A stretch of 37,581 nt of DNA, from positions 1-37,581 of the IMG/VR virus record IMGVR_UViG_3300021560_000037. The stretch is one strand, 5' to 3'. This document shows positions 16,810 to 25,907 of this stretch, piece after piece; the first letter of the stretch is position 1, and each line of letters starts with the position of its first letter. This DNA is from a virus. Under the pieces are notes generated by a model, which saw only the letters and a list, made by a program, of their open reading frames with translations, made no database searches and had not been told where the DNA came from. A program made the position numbers and the translations under genes.

Positions 16810-18525
16810 ATGCCTGACAGCACCGCAGCGTTGGTCAGCCAGCTGGCCAATCCACCAAACCCGATGGATCAGGTCACCAAGACGCTGGGCGGCGTCAATG
16901 CGCTGATGGACTTCCGCGCCAACCAGGCGGCGATGGATGCCTACCGGCAATCGATCGACGAAAACGGCAATTTTGACATCAACAAATTCAACGCGATCGC
17001 CAGCCAATTGCCCGGCGGTAGCTGGAAATTCGGCACGCAGATGCAGCAGTCCGGGCAGGGGCTGCAGGCACAGGGCGCGGGTACACGAGAACAGGTACAG
17101 GCGACGCTCGACCAGCTAGGTGCACAGTCACTCTACCTGCAGCCGTTGACAAAAATCGCGGTCAATGGCGGCACGGTGACCGCGCAACAGGTCAAGGATC
17201 TACTCGCGAGTATGCCGCCCGGGGTCGTGTCGCCGACGCGGTTGAACCAGATGCAGAGCCAGGTCGCCGGGATGACCGATGCGCAAGCGACCAACTGGGT
17301 GCTGGGTGCGTCATACGCCAACACACACGCGGCGAACATAGCGCAGTCGCTCTTGCCGGGGTACGCCTCACAGCCGCAGGGTGGCTATAACCTTGGGTAT
17401 CAGCCGAACCCGAGGGCGCCGGGATATAATCCGCCCTTTGGCGCAACCCCGCTTACGATGACACCGGGCGAGGTCACGCAGACCAATATTCAATTGACCA
17501 GCCCGGTGCAGGGCGGCTGGGTGCTGCCGGACGGCACGCAGCGCAGCGGCTCTGTCGGTCAGTGGATGCATGATTTTGGTCTCGACCCCGCAAAGGTTTA
17601 CTACAATCCCGGCGCAGGCACGGTCAGCGCGCCAGGTGCACCGACGATAACCGTGCTGCCGACGCAGGCGCCTCCACAGGCGCCCGCTCCAGCCTCTGGA
17701 GGTGGAGCAAGGCCCGCTCCGGCACCTGCCCCCGCTCCCGCGCCATCACGCGCTCCCACGCCTCCTACACCGGCCCCGTCCCCTTCCCCGTCCTCAACGT
17801 CCCCGCCCTCGCCCCCGCCACCAACGGTCAGCGGCGGCCCAACGACACAGGGCGGCGGAACCAGCACGATGTCCCCGCAGGAGATCCAGCAAGGGCGCGA
17901 CGCCTACACGGCGGCACAAGCCGAGCAACCCGCCATCCAGGGACGCATCGCGACGGCCGACCTGGCGCTGCAGGCGCTGCAAAACGCAAAGGTCGGAGGC
18001 GGCACGCAAACGGCTAACGAGGTGATGAACGTCCTTGGCTCCTATTCGCCGGACTTTCTCAAAAAGATCATCCCTGGCTATGACCCGGCGAAGGCCGCAG
18101 CGGATTATCAGACGGCCGCCAAATACATGCAGCAGATCACCAACGCCGGGGGCGGCCTACCAGGTGGTGCCAGCACCAGCGACAAGCTGAACGCGGCGGC
18201 GGCTGCCACACCGAATCCGCATATGCAGGATCAGGCGTCTGAAGAGGTTCTGCGTGTCCTAAAGGCGCAAAATCAGATCCAGCAATACATTATGACGCAG
18301 TTCGAAAAGAGCGGGCAGCCGGCCGCGCAGTATCAGAAGTTCCAGGCCGACTGGGCGCGCACGCATGATCCGCGGGCGTTCTTCCCGCTGACCGCGGACA
18401 TGCTCGGATATCTGAAAAAGAGCGTCACCGGCAACGAGCGGACGACATTTAACAACACGGTGCATGAGCTGGTGACGAACGGAGCGATCCCCGATCCACG
18501 CAAGCAGCCGGGGACCGCTGAATAA
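16810..18525 (+). CDS. Internal virion / ejection protein 2 (571 aa, central Pro/Ala/Ser-rich linker)
   Basis: Track ORF; PAPAPAPAPSRAPTPPTPAPSPSPSSTSPPSPPPP linker; position in ejection-protein block. Confidence 0.55.
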   Translation: MPDSTAALVSQLANPPNPMDQVTKTLGGVNALMDFRANQAAMDAYRQSIDENGNFDINKFNAIASQLPGGSWKFGTQMQQSGQGLQAQGAGTREQVQATLDQLGAQSLYLQPLTKIAVNGGTVTAQQVKDLLASMPPGVVSPTRLNQMQSQVAGMTDAQATNWVLGASYANTHAANIAQSLLPGYASQPQGGYNLGYQPNPRAPGYNPPFGATPLTMTPGEVTQTNIQLTSPVQGGWVLPDGTQRSGSVGQWMHDFGLDPAKVYYNPGAGTVSAPGAPTITVLPTQAPPQAPAPASGGGARPAPAPAPAPAPSRAPTPPTPAPSPSPSSTSPPSPPPPTVSGGPTTQGGGTSTMSPQEIQQGRDAYTAAQAEQPAIQGRIATADLALQALQNAKVGGGTQTANEVMNVLGSYSPDFLKKIIPGYDPAKAAADYQTAAKYMQQITNAGGGLPGGASTSDKLNAAAAATPNPHMQDQASEEVLRVLKAQNQIQQYIMTQFEKSGQPAAQYQKFQADWARTHDPRAFFPLTADMLGYLKKSVTGNERTTFNNTVHELVTNGAIPDPRKQPGTAE

Positions 18526-21293
18526 TGCTCGGGGTCGGCACCCTTGATCCTTACGGCGACCCGCCCAACCCGTTGTTGGTGCAGGCGCAGGTCGACACCG
18601 ACCCCTATTCGCCGACCTATGGCCAGCCGCTCTACAGGAAACTGAGCCCGAAAGAGACGGGGCCGGACTACCAGACTACCGAGAAGGGCAACCCTGGCCA
18701 GCCGGGCGCGGGTGTGCCGACAACAGCGCAGGGCAATACCGGCGCCACCTTTGAGATGGTGCCGCCTCCCGGCACTCCCCAGAAGACCCCGCCAGCGCCG
18801 CCTGCAAAACCAAAGGCTGAAGCCGCCCCCGATTATCTCGGCGATGCGGTGCCGCAGGCCGACAGCAAAGGGGCGCCGCTGGCGACGGCTCCAACGACCG
18901 AGCCTAAGGCAAACGAACCGCCGGATTATCTCAACGATGCGGTGCCGCAAGCGACCGAGAGCGGCGCCCCAATCGTGCCCGCCTATACCGGGCAGTATCT
19001 GACGGCAGCTAAGAGCCCCGGCGCGCAGGCGGTCGGCACGCCAATCGTCGATGATCCGGCGCGCATCCCCGGCTCCGATTTTCAGCGGCGGATCAATATC
19101 GCAGAAGATCCGGGGCAGAGAGCGGCGATCGCCGCGAATCTGCTCAACATTCCACTCGATCGCGTCATTGTCAGCGGCTCGGGTCGGCTAGCTGCGGTCG
19201 ACGAGAAGGGACAGCCCTACTACATCGAAACCGAGCATCCCTTTGTTAATCAGGAAGGGATAACCAGGGACGAGCCGGGAACGCCGTGGCGTCCGATGGG
19301 GACGTTTCAGTTTAGTCCCTATGCAACTCAATCACCGTTAACGCCAGCGACCCCGACCTCGACCAGCCCCGCCAACTTGGCGGCCGGCGGGGCGATTGCG
19401 CTGCAAAACTTGGGCTTTCAGCTTCCCGCGGTTGCGGGTGGCCTCATTGGGGAGGCGGGAACGCCGCTTGGGGCAGCGGCGGGCACGGGCGCAGGTACTT
19501 ATCTCAGCTCGACCGGGCGGCAGATGCTGGCAAATGCGCTTACCTCGCAGGCCGATCTGCGTCAGCCGGTCTTTACCCCGCAGCGCGCCAAGGAAGCGGG
19601 AGTCAACGCCCTTTTGGCAGGCGGTGGCAGCCTGCTCGGGGGCGGTAGCCTGCTTCCGGGCGGAAAGCTGCCGACTAGCCCGCTAAACCTGCCAGGCACG
19701 CTTGTCGAGCCCTACGGCCAGCACAATTTGCTGGCACCATGGGAGGCGCAGCCGCGCTGGGCAGGCGTGACGCAGCCGAGGTTGCCGCTGCCTGGTTCAG
19801 TTCCCGAGGCGTCCCCGCCATCGGCCTTTAATCCGCCGGGTGCGCCGCCGCCGGGTGTTCGCATCGAACCGCCTGCGGTCAGTACGGCCCCAACCTCGAC
19901 GGCGATCCCCTCTGAGCATCCGGCGTTTACGCCGCGGCCTGTCGAGGGAGCGGTTCTGCCTCCGGAAGCTGAGGGGGTACCGGGGCTGAAGACGCCCGAG
20001 CAGATAATGGCCGAGCAGCAGCAAGTGCCAAAGGATGTGCCGCCGCTTCGCTTTCCCATCATGTCGCAAGCGGGTGCCAGGGCACGCGCGGTGCAGCTGC
20101 TGCAGCATTACGCGCAAGGTGGCAACATCACACCCGAGGCCGGGGCTACCGGCACGCTCTCCGAGATCACCGGCAACCAGGGAATCGCAACGCTGGAGCG
20201 GGCGATGCGGGACAACGGCAACCCCGCAATCATCAACGATATCGCCAGCAAAATAGAAGAGACGCGCACCGCAAATCGCGCTGCCCTTGAGGCCGTGCGC
20301 GGGCACCCGGATGACCTGCTACCTGCCGAACAGGCCGTAAGCCGACAGATCGGGCAATTAAAGACCAACGTTTTTACCAATGCCCAACCGGCCGATCTCC
20401 AGGGCACGCTCAATGCGGTCGATGCTGCTTTAGCCAGTCCGGGAGCCGCGGGAAACCCAACCGTTGCGGCCGCCCTGCGCGATGTCCGCGCGCGGCTCTT
20501 TCAACGCGACCCGATAACAGGGCGCCTGCCGGTTGATGCCGATGGCAAGCCCATCGAGGAATTGATTACCGACCCTGAAACCGCATGGCGGGTCCGCTCC
20601 GGGGTCGGACACGATATGAGCAGCCGGGCACAGAGCGGCAGTACGGATATTCGCGCGGCCAGCCGCGAACTGGGCCCCGTCATTGCCGCGCTCGACAAGG
20701 ACATCACCGCGGCCGCGCCAAACTACGCGGGCTTCAATGCTGCGGTGAAGGAGCTCAACAAGCCGATCACGGCGATGAACTACCTGCAGGGACGCACTGG
20801 CCTTGTCGATGCCTACGGCAACCCCACCCTCAGCGGCGTGCAGCGGACGCTCGACGACATCTATAAGCAACGCACGCTCAAATACGGTTGGCAACCGGCA
20901 GACGATTTGACCGACGAGCAGATCAGCGGGCTTGAGGCGCTGCGGGATCAGCTGCGCCGGCAGCAGAACGTGTCGCGACCGATCGTGATCGGTTCGCCGA
21001 CCTATCAGAAATTCGGCACCGACCAGACGCTGAACCTGCTTACCGGGCAAGGCCCGATTGCGCGCAGTATCCGTCCAATGCTGGCGGGTTCTTTAGCTAC
21101 TCACGAATTCGGGCCGGTGGTGGGGCCGGTGCTAGGCACCGGGCATATGCTGTTCCAGGCTGGGGTGGCGGCGCGGAATATGAGTGTGCGGGACCAGATC
21201 AACGCAGAACTGACACGCCTCCTGCTCAATCGTAATGGGGAGGGGCTCGCGGCGCTCCGTGGCGCTGTTCCGATGCCCAACGCGCTTCAATGA
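18525..21293 (+). CDS. Internal virion / ejection protein 3 (922 aa)
   Basis: TAATG coupling; largest late gene; duplicated PDYL[GN]DAVPQA...GAP segment; position as P22 gp16-type pilot protein. Confidence 0.55.
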   Translation: MLGVGTLDPYGDPPNPLLVQAQVDTDPYSPTYGQPLYRKLSPKETGPDYQTTEKGNPGQPGAGVPTTAQGNTGATFEMVPPPGTPQKTPPAPPAKPKAEAAPDYLGDAVPQADSKGAPLATAPTTEPKANEPPDYLNDAVPQATESGAPIVPAYTGQYLTAAKSPGAQAVGTPIVDDPARIPGSDFQRRINIAEDPGQRAAIAANLLNIPLDRVIVSGSGRLAAVDEKGQPYYIETEHPFVNQEGITRDEPGTPWRPMGTFQFSPYATQSPLTPATPTSTSPANLAAGGAIALQNLGFQLPAVAGGLIGEAGTPLGAAAGTGAGTYLSSTGRQMLANALTSQADLRQPVFTPQRAKEAGVNALLAGGGSLLGGGSLLPGGKLPTSPLNLPGTLVEPYGQHNLLAPWEAQPRWAGVTQPRLPLPGSVPEASPPSAFNPPGAPPPGVRIEPPAVSTAPTSTAIPSEHPAFTPRPVEGAVLPPEAEGVPGLKTPEQIMAEQQQVPKDVPPLRFPIMSQAGARARAVQLLQHYAQGGNITPEAGATGTLSEITGNQGIATLERAMRDNGNPAIINDIASKIEETRTANRAALEAVRGHPDDLLPAEQAVSRQIGQLKTNVFTNAQPADLQGTLNAVDAALASPGAAGNPTVAAALRDVRARLFQRDPITGRLPVDADGKPIEELITDPETAWRVRSGVGHDMSSRAQSGSTDIRAASRELGPVIAALDKDITAAAPNYAGFNAAVKELNKPITAMNYLQGRTGLVDAYGNPTLSGVQRTLDDIYKQRTLKYGWQPADDLTDEQISGLEALRDQLRRQQNVSRPIVIGSPTYQKFGTDQTLNLLTGQGPIARSIRPMLAGSLATHEFGPVVGPVLGTGHMLFQAGVAARNMSVRDQINAELTRLLLNRNGEGLAALRGAVPMPNALQ

Positions 21294-21677
21294 TCAGCCG
21301 CGATAATCTGACCACGAAACTCGGCGCGGTAGACCGGAAGGTGCGGCTGCGGCTTGCTCTCGTTGTCCTTTGCGCATCTCGCGGTGGAGCTGCACGGTCA
21401 TGAGTCGGTGCGCGACATTGAGTGCTAACCAGGCATTCATGACCATAAGAACGGCGCAAAAGAGACAGAGCCAAATAAAGTTCCATCCGCTTTTGTCGCC
21501 GGGTCCAAGGCCGATCCCACTGACGACTAGCGTCAATAGTCCCATCAGGGCGGCGATGCAGAGAAAACCGCCCCCCATGGCAAGGATGTTACGAATCGCG
21601 CTGGGTATGCGCCAGAAGATCCGGATAACCCAGGATACGACGATAACCATAATGGCGATGCCGATGAGATGGGCCAT
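21294..21677 (-). CDS. Integral membrane protein (about 4 TM), moron
   Basis: Opposite strand to the late operon; hydrophobic segments IGIAIMVIVVSWVIRIF, GGGFLCIAALMGLLTLVVSGIGL, FIWLCLFCAVLMVMNAWLAL; local GC visibly lower. Confidence 0.7.
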   Translation of the reverse strand: MAHLIGIAIMVIVVSWVIRIFWRIPSAIRNILAMGGGFLCIAALMGLLTLVVSGIGLGPGDKSGWNFIWLCLFCAVLMVMNAWLALNVAHRLMTVQLHREMRKGQREQAAAAPSGLPRRVSWSDYRG

Positions 21678-21920
21678 CTATGGTTTCTCCGGCGCGATCT
21701 GCACCTGCAGCGGTGGACCGCCGAACTGCACCACAATTGGCTGTGGCGGTGTGGTGCCGATTTTCCAGCCTAAGAAGCCAAAGACCGCGGCGCAGGTGGC
21801 GACAATTAAGAGGATCGCGCGCGGCGTTTCCCAGAATGTTTGCTTTTTGTGCAGCAACACATCGAGCCGCAGTAGCTCGCTCTTTAAGAAGTCATCTGTG
21901 GTAGGATTGATCTCAGCCAT
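21678..21920 (-). CDS. Small single-pass membrane protein (80 aa), moron
   Basis: Start at internal ATG (MAEINPTTDDF...) of track ORF 21678..22001; TM AILLIVATCAAVFGFLGW; its TAG is directly followed by ATG of the next gene. Confidence 0.55.
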   Translation of the reverse strand: MAEINPTTDDFLKSELLRLDVLLHKKQTFWETPRAILLIVATCAAVFGFLGWKIGTTPPQPIVVQFGGPPLQVQIAPEKP

Positions 21921-21949
21921 CTCGCCATCCTCTCTTGGCGTTGTGGTCA

Positions 21950-21984
21950 GGAGCCGCAGGGGAGTTCGCGCTCCCCTTGGCTCC
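21950..21984. promoter_or_regulatory. Imperfect inverted repeat (6+7 bp stems) between divergent genes
   Basis: GGAGCC-gc-AGGGGAG ttcgcg CTCCCCT-t-GGCTCC read directly. Confidence 0.5.
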
Positions 21985-22003
21985 GCATCAGGGGATAGCA
22001 TAA

Positions 22004-22195
22004 ATGCCGGATATCCCGCCAGAACAAACCGTCACGCTGCCGGTGACCGACTGGCAGACCGTCCTCGCCGGGCTCTACGAGCTCCCCGGCAAATACGGCA
22101 TCCCCGTCATCAACCGGCTGCAGGCTGAGCTGACCAGACAACCGCCCGAACCCATCGAGGCGATCGTCGTTCCTTTCAGGGAAGGTGCCGAGTAA
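22004..22195 (+). CDS. Hypothetical protein (63 aa)
   Basis: Track ORF directly upstream of, and coupled (TAATG) to, the tail fibre gene. Confidence 0.5.
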   Translation: MPDIPPEQTVTLPVTDWQTVLAGLYELPGKYGIPVINRLQAELTRQPPEPIEAIVVPFREGAE

Positions 22196-23994
22196 TGGCA
22201 TCCCCAACCCCAGAAGCCGTGCCGCCAGGCGTACCGGTGGTTCCACAAGGACCGGTTCCGGCAATTGGTATTCCTAACAGCCAGGACTATCCGCGGCTGG
22301 TTGCCGGTCTTCCGTACTTCGAGCCGGTGGCGATCGCCGAGATCATCGAGCCGTCTGTGCTCGAAGCGGTCGAAGGCATGTTGCCAACGCTGGTGCCCCC
22401 TTATGTGACCGATGCGGCGAATACCGCAGTTAATAATCTGGCCGTTGTCAAGACCGGCAGCACGATGACCGGCCCGCTCAATCTCTCGCCGCTGATGCCG
22501 ACGGCGGATTCGATGGCGGCGACCAAGGCCTATGTCGACACGATGGTGGCCACCGGCAATGTGCCGGAAGTGCCGCCGGTGCCGGCTGGGCAAACCTGGG
22601 CCCGGCAGACCGGGCAATGGGTGCCGGCGGCCGGCGGCGGCACGATAACCGGCGTCAACGCCGGCAACGGGCTTACCGGCGGCGGCACGACTGGCACCGT
22701 GACGGTGGGCATTGCCGCGCCGGTATCGATCGCCAATGGCGGCACCAACGCGATAACCGCACCGGGCGCCCTCTCAAATCTCGGCGGTGCGCCGCTCGCC
22801 AATCCTAATTTCACCGGCGCGCCAACCGCGCCGACCGCGGCAACAGCGGACAATTCGACACGGATCGCCACGACAGCCTATGTGCAGGCGCAGAACTACC
22901 TGACGATTGGCGGTGCCGCAGGGAGCTATGCCCCGATTGCGTCGCCGGCGTTGACCGGCAACCCCACAGCGCCGACGCCCACGGCGGGCGACAACGACAC
23001 GTCGATTGCGACAACTGCCTTTGTGACGGGTGCGATTGCTACGGCTGGTGCCGGCTATCTTCCGATTTCCGGCGGAACGTTGACTGGCTTGCTGCAGGTG
23101 AACACCAGCGGCACCAAACGCATGCTGATGAATACCGGCATGGTGATCGGCAACACGGCACCCGATCCCGGCCAAGGCAGCTTGATCCTCAACGCCAACG
23201 CGGCGGCACCGCCTGCTGCACCGAGCGGGCGGAACGTACAATTTGATATTACGGGGGCGGATGCTAGCGCGGCACCAACCTTATTGATGGATGCTTTTGG
23301 CGGCGGCGTGCCTGTTCTGTCTATGCGAACGGGACGCGGTACGGCGGCGGCGCCAACCGCAAGCCAGAACACCGACAACCTTGCCTATTTTGAGGCGACG
23401 GGACGGGTATCGGCCACGGCTTTTTCGGCGGCCCCGACAGGGGTTCTCAATTTTGTCGCGGGGGAAAATTTCAGCGCGACGGCGACAGGGACATTTGGGC
23501 AGATCAGCGCAACCAAGCGCGGCACGACGACGGCGGCGCCCGTGGCGATTTTTGACGCTGATTTTGGGATGTCGGGCCTTGGCACCACGACCAACAACAA
23601 CGCTACGGCGGGCTGGATCGGGGAGGTCGTCCGCTCGCAGGTGCCGCAAGCAAGTGCCATAACTCTGAGTAGCGGCGTCAACACCAACGTCACATCAATC
23701 TCGCTAACCGCTGGCGATTGGGATGTCTACGGCAACGTCACCTTTCTGCCGGGCGGGACAACGACAATCTCAACCTCGTACACCTGGATCAATACCGTCT
23801 CGGCATCTGGGCCTGACAGTAGCCTGTCTCATCTTACCGGCTCGATGCCGACCGGGCTGGCGTTCAGCACCACCGCGCCGATGCAACGTCTGAGCCTAGC
23901 GGCAACGACGACGGTTTATCTCGGGGTCTATGTCGGGTTTGGTGTCTCGACGATGCAATGCGACGGTCAACTGTGGGCACGGCGAGCACGCTGA
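22195..23994 (+). CDS. Tail fibre protein
   Basis: 599 aa; repeated shaft motifs NPNFTGAPTAPTAATADNSTRIATTAYV / ALTGNPTAPTPTAGDNDTSIATTAFV typical of phage tail fibres. Confidence 0.8.
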   Translation: MASPTPEAVPPGVPVVPQGPVPAIGIPNSQDYPRLVAGLPYFEPVAIAEIIEPSVLEAVEGMLPTLVPPYVTDAANTAVNNLAVVKTGSTMTGPLNLSPLMPTADSMAATKAYVDTMVATGNVPEVPPVPAGQTWARQTGQWVPAAGGGTITGVNAGNGLTGGGTTGTVTVGIAAPVSIANGGTNAITAPGALSNLGGAPLANPNFTGAPTAPTAATADNSTRIATTAYVQAQNYLTIGGAAGSYAPIASPALTGNPTAPTPTAGDNDTSIATTAFVTGAIATAGAGYLPISGGTLTGLLQVNTSGTKRMLMNTGMVIGNTAPDPGQGSLILNANAAAPPAAPSGRNVQFDITGADASAAPTLLMDAFGGGVPVLSMRTGRGTAAAPTASQNTDNLAYFEATGRVSATAFSAAPTGVLNFVAGENFSATATGTFGQISATKRGTTTAAPVAIFDADFGMSGLGTTTNNNATAGWIGEVVRSQVPQASAITLSSGVNTNVTSISLTAGDWDVYGNVTFLPGGTTTISTSYTWINTVSASGPDSSLSHLTGSMPTGLAFSTTAPMQRLSLAATTTVYLGVYVGFGVSTMQCDGQLWARRAR

Positions 23995-24020
23995 GTAGTT
24001 CTTCAGAAGGAGGCTAAATC

Positions 24021-24182
24021 ATGCAGAGCCAACAGACCAAAGACGAACCCAGGGCAGCAGCCCCGGCGCATGAGGCCGCGCCAAAAAGGCCGCCGCTGCA
24101 GGAGCAGATCGACGCGATCAAAAAGGCGATTGAGCCCGTGGTCGGCGTGATCCCCGATCCGCCCGAACCGGCCGCCGGGTGA
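24021..24182 (+). CDS. Hypothetical protein (53 aa; below track cutoff)
   Basis: Strong SD AAGGAGG 7 nt before ATG 24021; translated by hand MQSQQTKDEPRAAAPAHEAAPKRPPLQEQIDAIKKAIEPVVGVIPDPPEPAAG. Confidence 0.55.
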   Translation: MQSQQTKDEPRAAAPAHEAAPKRPPLQEQIDAIKKAIEPVVGVIPDPPEPAAG

Positions 24183-24427
24183 TGGCGATCACCGCAGCCG
24201 AGCGCAGACGACTTCCCTCGAAGGATTTTGCGCTCCCCGGTAAAGGCACGGGGAGCGGGGGCAAGGGGCCGGGAAGCTACCCGATCGATACCAAGGGCAG
24301 AGCCAGGGCGGCGCTATCGCGAGGCGCGGCCAACGCGTCCCCGGCCGAGGATGCAAAGATTAAGCGCGCGGTCGAGCGGAAATACCCCTCAATCGCCGTC
24401 GGCGGCAAAAAGAAAGGCGGTAAGTAA
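24182..24427 (+). CDS. Hypothetical protein (81 aa)
   Basis: ATG overlaps previous TGA (TGATG); ...GSYPIDTKGRARAALSRGA... pattern recurs in small phage proteins. Confidence 0.55.
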   Translation: MAITAAERRRLPSKDFALPGKGTGSGGKGPGSYPIDTKGRARAALSRGAANASPAEDAKIKRAVERKYPSIAVGGKKKGGK

Positions 24428-24651
24428 TGCCCCTTGGACCCAACAAGCTATCCCGCGACGAGCGGGACGCCAGCGACATGGTCGACCGCAAGCTGCGCAA
24501 AGCCTGCGACATGGTCGAGCAAGGTTATAGCGATCGCTGGCCGGCGCGCGGCCAGGCGACGGTCCCAACCCGCGAATGGCGGCCGCTCGAGGACGTCAGC
24601 CGCGGCGGCAAGATCACCGAATATCTGAAGCGCCCCAGCGCGCCGCGCTAA
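24427..24651 (+). CDS. Hypothetical protein (74 aa)
   Basis: TAATG coupling to previous ORF. Confidence 0.5.
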   Translation: MPLGPNKLSRDERDASDMVDRKLRKACDMVEQGYSDRWPARGQATVPTREWRPLEDVSRGGKITEYLKRPSAPR

Positions 24652-24657
24652 GCGGCG

Positions 24658-24828
24658 ATGACCGACCGGGCCGCCTGCCTCACGACCTGGGCGCTGGCGG
24701 CCGGTTCATGGCTCGTGATCATCTGGTTCGCCCTATGGCTGATGGGGTGCACGCCGGAACCCTGCGTCGCCGGTGTGTTGGTTAATGCGACGGTGATCTG
24801 TCAGGAGCAGTCGAACCGTAGCCATTAG
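24658..24828 (+). CDS. Possible small membrane protein or lipoprotein (56 aa; below track cutoff)
   Basis: Hand translation MTDRAACLTTWALAAGSWLVIIWFALWLMGCTPEPC...; hydrophobic stretch then LMGC lipobox-like motif; high GC3 in first ~40 codons; 3' end overlaps a convergent ORF. Confidence 0.35.
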   Translation: MTDRAACLTTWALAAGSWLVIIWFALWLMGCTPEPCVAGVLVNATVICQEQSNRSH

Positions 24829-24979
24829 GTATCAGCTTCCCCTCGATGACGCAGGGCAGCGACGGATCAGCCATGAGCTGCGCGACCGCCTCACGCAGCT
24901 TGGCGTCCTGCCGCCGGCGATAAGCGGGGATCAGCCGCAGCAGCATCTGGTACGGGTTGGGGCGCTTGAAGGTGATCAT
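24782..24979 (-). CDS. Hypothetical protein (65 aa)
   Basis: Last gene of a four-gene minus-strand cassette; start overlaps upstream stop. Confidence 0.5.
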   Translation of the reverse strand: MITFKRPNPYQMLLRLIPAYRRRQDAKLREAVAQLMADPSLPCVIEGKLIPNGYGSTAPDRSPSH

Positions 24980-25170
24980 TCGGCCGCTCCTTGCCGCTGC
25001 ACGAGCGTGTGAAGTTCAGTAATGACCACCTCCGCCCAATAGGGCACCGAGACGCGTCCCCGTGCCCATCGATTGACGCTCACCGGCGATAGCTTGAAGC
25101 GCTCGGCAAAAGCGGCTTGGGTGATGCCGAGCCGCTCGAGCGCCGCCTTGAATTCGGCGCCGGTCATCAT
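24976..25170 (-). CDS. XRE-type helix-turn-helix DNA-binding protein (64 aa)
   Basis: FKAALERLGITQAAFAERFKLSPVSVNRWARGRVSVP is a classic Cro/C1-type HTH. Confidence 0.7.
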   Translation of the reverse strand: MMTGAEFKAALERLGITQAAFAERFKLSPVSVNRWARGRVSVPYWAEVVITELHTLVQRQGAAE

Positions 25171-25406
25171 TCTTTCTCCAACGCCGTGCGGATGGCGCGC
25201 AGATCCTCGCGGACTTCGGAGCGGAACCGGTCGAACTGGCTGCGCAGCGCCCGCAACTCGACAGCGATGTTGGTCATAGCGCCATCGTGCCGTTCAAGCA
25301 TGGCGACGATAACCGTTCGCTCATCGCGCATATCGGCAAGCTCGCGCTGGATCTCGCGCAGCAACCGATCGGTGAGGCTCGTTGGGTCGCCGGGTTGGGT
25401 CAGCAT
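25167..25406 (-). CDS. Hypothetical coiled-coil protein (79 aa)
   Basis: Track ORF; overlapping stop/start with neighbours. Confidence 0.5.
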   Translation of the reverse strand: MLTQPGDPTSLTDRLLREIQRELADMRDERTVIVAMLERHDGAMTNIAVELRALRSQFDRFRSEVREDLRAIRTALEKE

Positions 25407-25409
25407 CGC

Positions 25410-25583
25410 TCAGCCCTCCACGACGCGACTGGCTTCTTTGCGGACCAAGCCCGGGCGCGCCTTCGCTTTTGGCACATAGCCGGCTTTGGTGCGTTTGACT
25501 TCGATGCCCAGCCAGCATTGCGGGATATCGGCAAGCTCGCGGATGATGCGGTAGAGGCGGTTGTCTGTGGTTTCGATGATCAT
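25410..25583 (-). CDS. Hypothetical protein (57 aa)
   Basis: Start at internal ATG (MIIETTDNRLY...) with GGGAG upstream; track ORF 25410..25640 extends into the AT-rich promoter region. Confidence 0.45.
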   Translation of the reverse strand: MIIETTDNRLYRIIRELADIPQCWLGIEVKRTKAGYVPKAKARPGLVRKEASRVVEG

Positions 25584-25611
25584 AATGTGCTGCTCCCTCT
25601 CTGATGGACTA

Positions 25612-25640
25612 AACATAATGCTTAGTGACGGACTATGCAA
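25612..25640 (-). promoter_or_regulatory. Candidate promoter of the four-gene cassette (TTGCAT-N17-TATGTT on minus strand)
   Basis: Hexamers read directly in the most AT-rich patch of the window. Confidence 0.4.
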
Positions 25641-25664
25641 TATGTTTATTTATAAAGAGGAAGA

Positions 25665-25687
25665 TTTGCACCCCCGTTTGCACCCCC
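25665..25687 (+). repeat. Tandem TTTGCACCCCC x2: candidate integrase arm-type sites (one attP arm)
   Basis: tttgcacccccgtttgcaccccc; near-identical string at 25908-25929 on the other side of the tRNA-like core. Confidence 0.6.
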
Positions 25688-25790
25688 GCAGGGTGCGGAA
25701 AGTGTCCAAAGTTCGCGATTCGTGCGCGCCAACTGGTTCCTATATGCCTTTGATATATAACGTTTCCGGCGTTCTCGATGGGTTCGCGGA

Positions 25791-25855
25791 AGGGTTTGCT
25801 AAACCGTTATACGGTTAACCCCGTATCGTGGGTTCGAATCCCATCCCCTCCGCCA
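25791..25855 (+). other. attP core: 3' portion of a tRNA-Ser(GCU)-like sequence (anticodon arm, long variable arm, T arm, acceptor 3' strand, CCA)
   Basis: Loop TTGCTAA, variable arm ATACGG-ttaacc-CCGTAT, T arm GTGGG-TTCGAAT-CCCAT, CCCCTCC-G-CCA; no matching 5' acceptor strand or D arm upstream; integrase 80 nt away. Confidence 0.75.
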
Positions 25856-25907
25856 TTTCAATCACTTAGATAGGCGCACCAGCCGGCTTGAGCTTCCTTC
25901 CCAGAAC

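Noticed and set aside
17680-17830. Pro/Ala/Ser-rich tract (also the Q-rich tract at 5690-5750 and the polypyrimidine tract at 35130-35225) as non-coding simple repeats
   Set aside because: All lie in-frame inside long ORFs and translate to linker-like low-complexity segments, so they are coding low complexity rather than separate elements.
25791-25855. A functional phage-encoded tRNA-Ser gene
   Set aside because: No 5' acceptor strand (GGAGGGG) or D arm is present upstream, and the anticodon stem has a mismatch. The position next to the integrase fits an attP core derived from the host tRNA 3' half.
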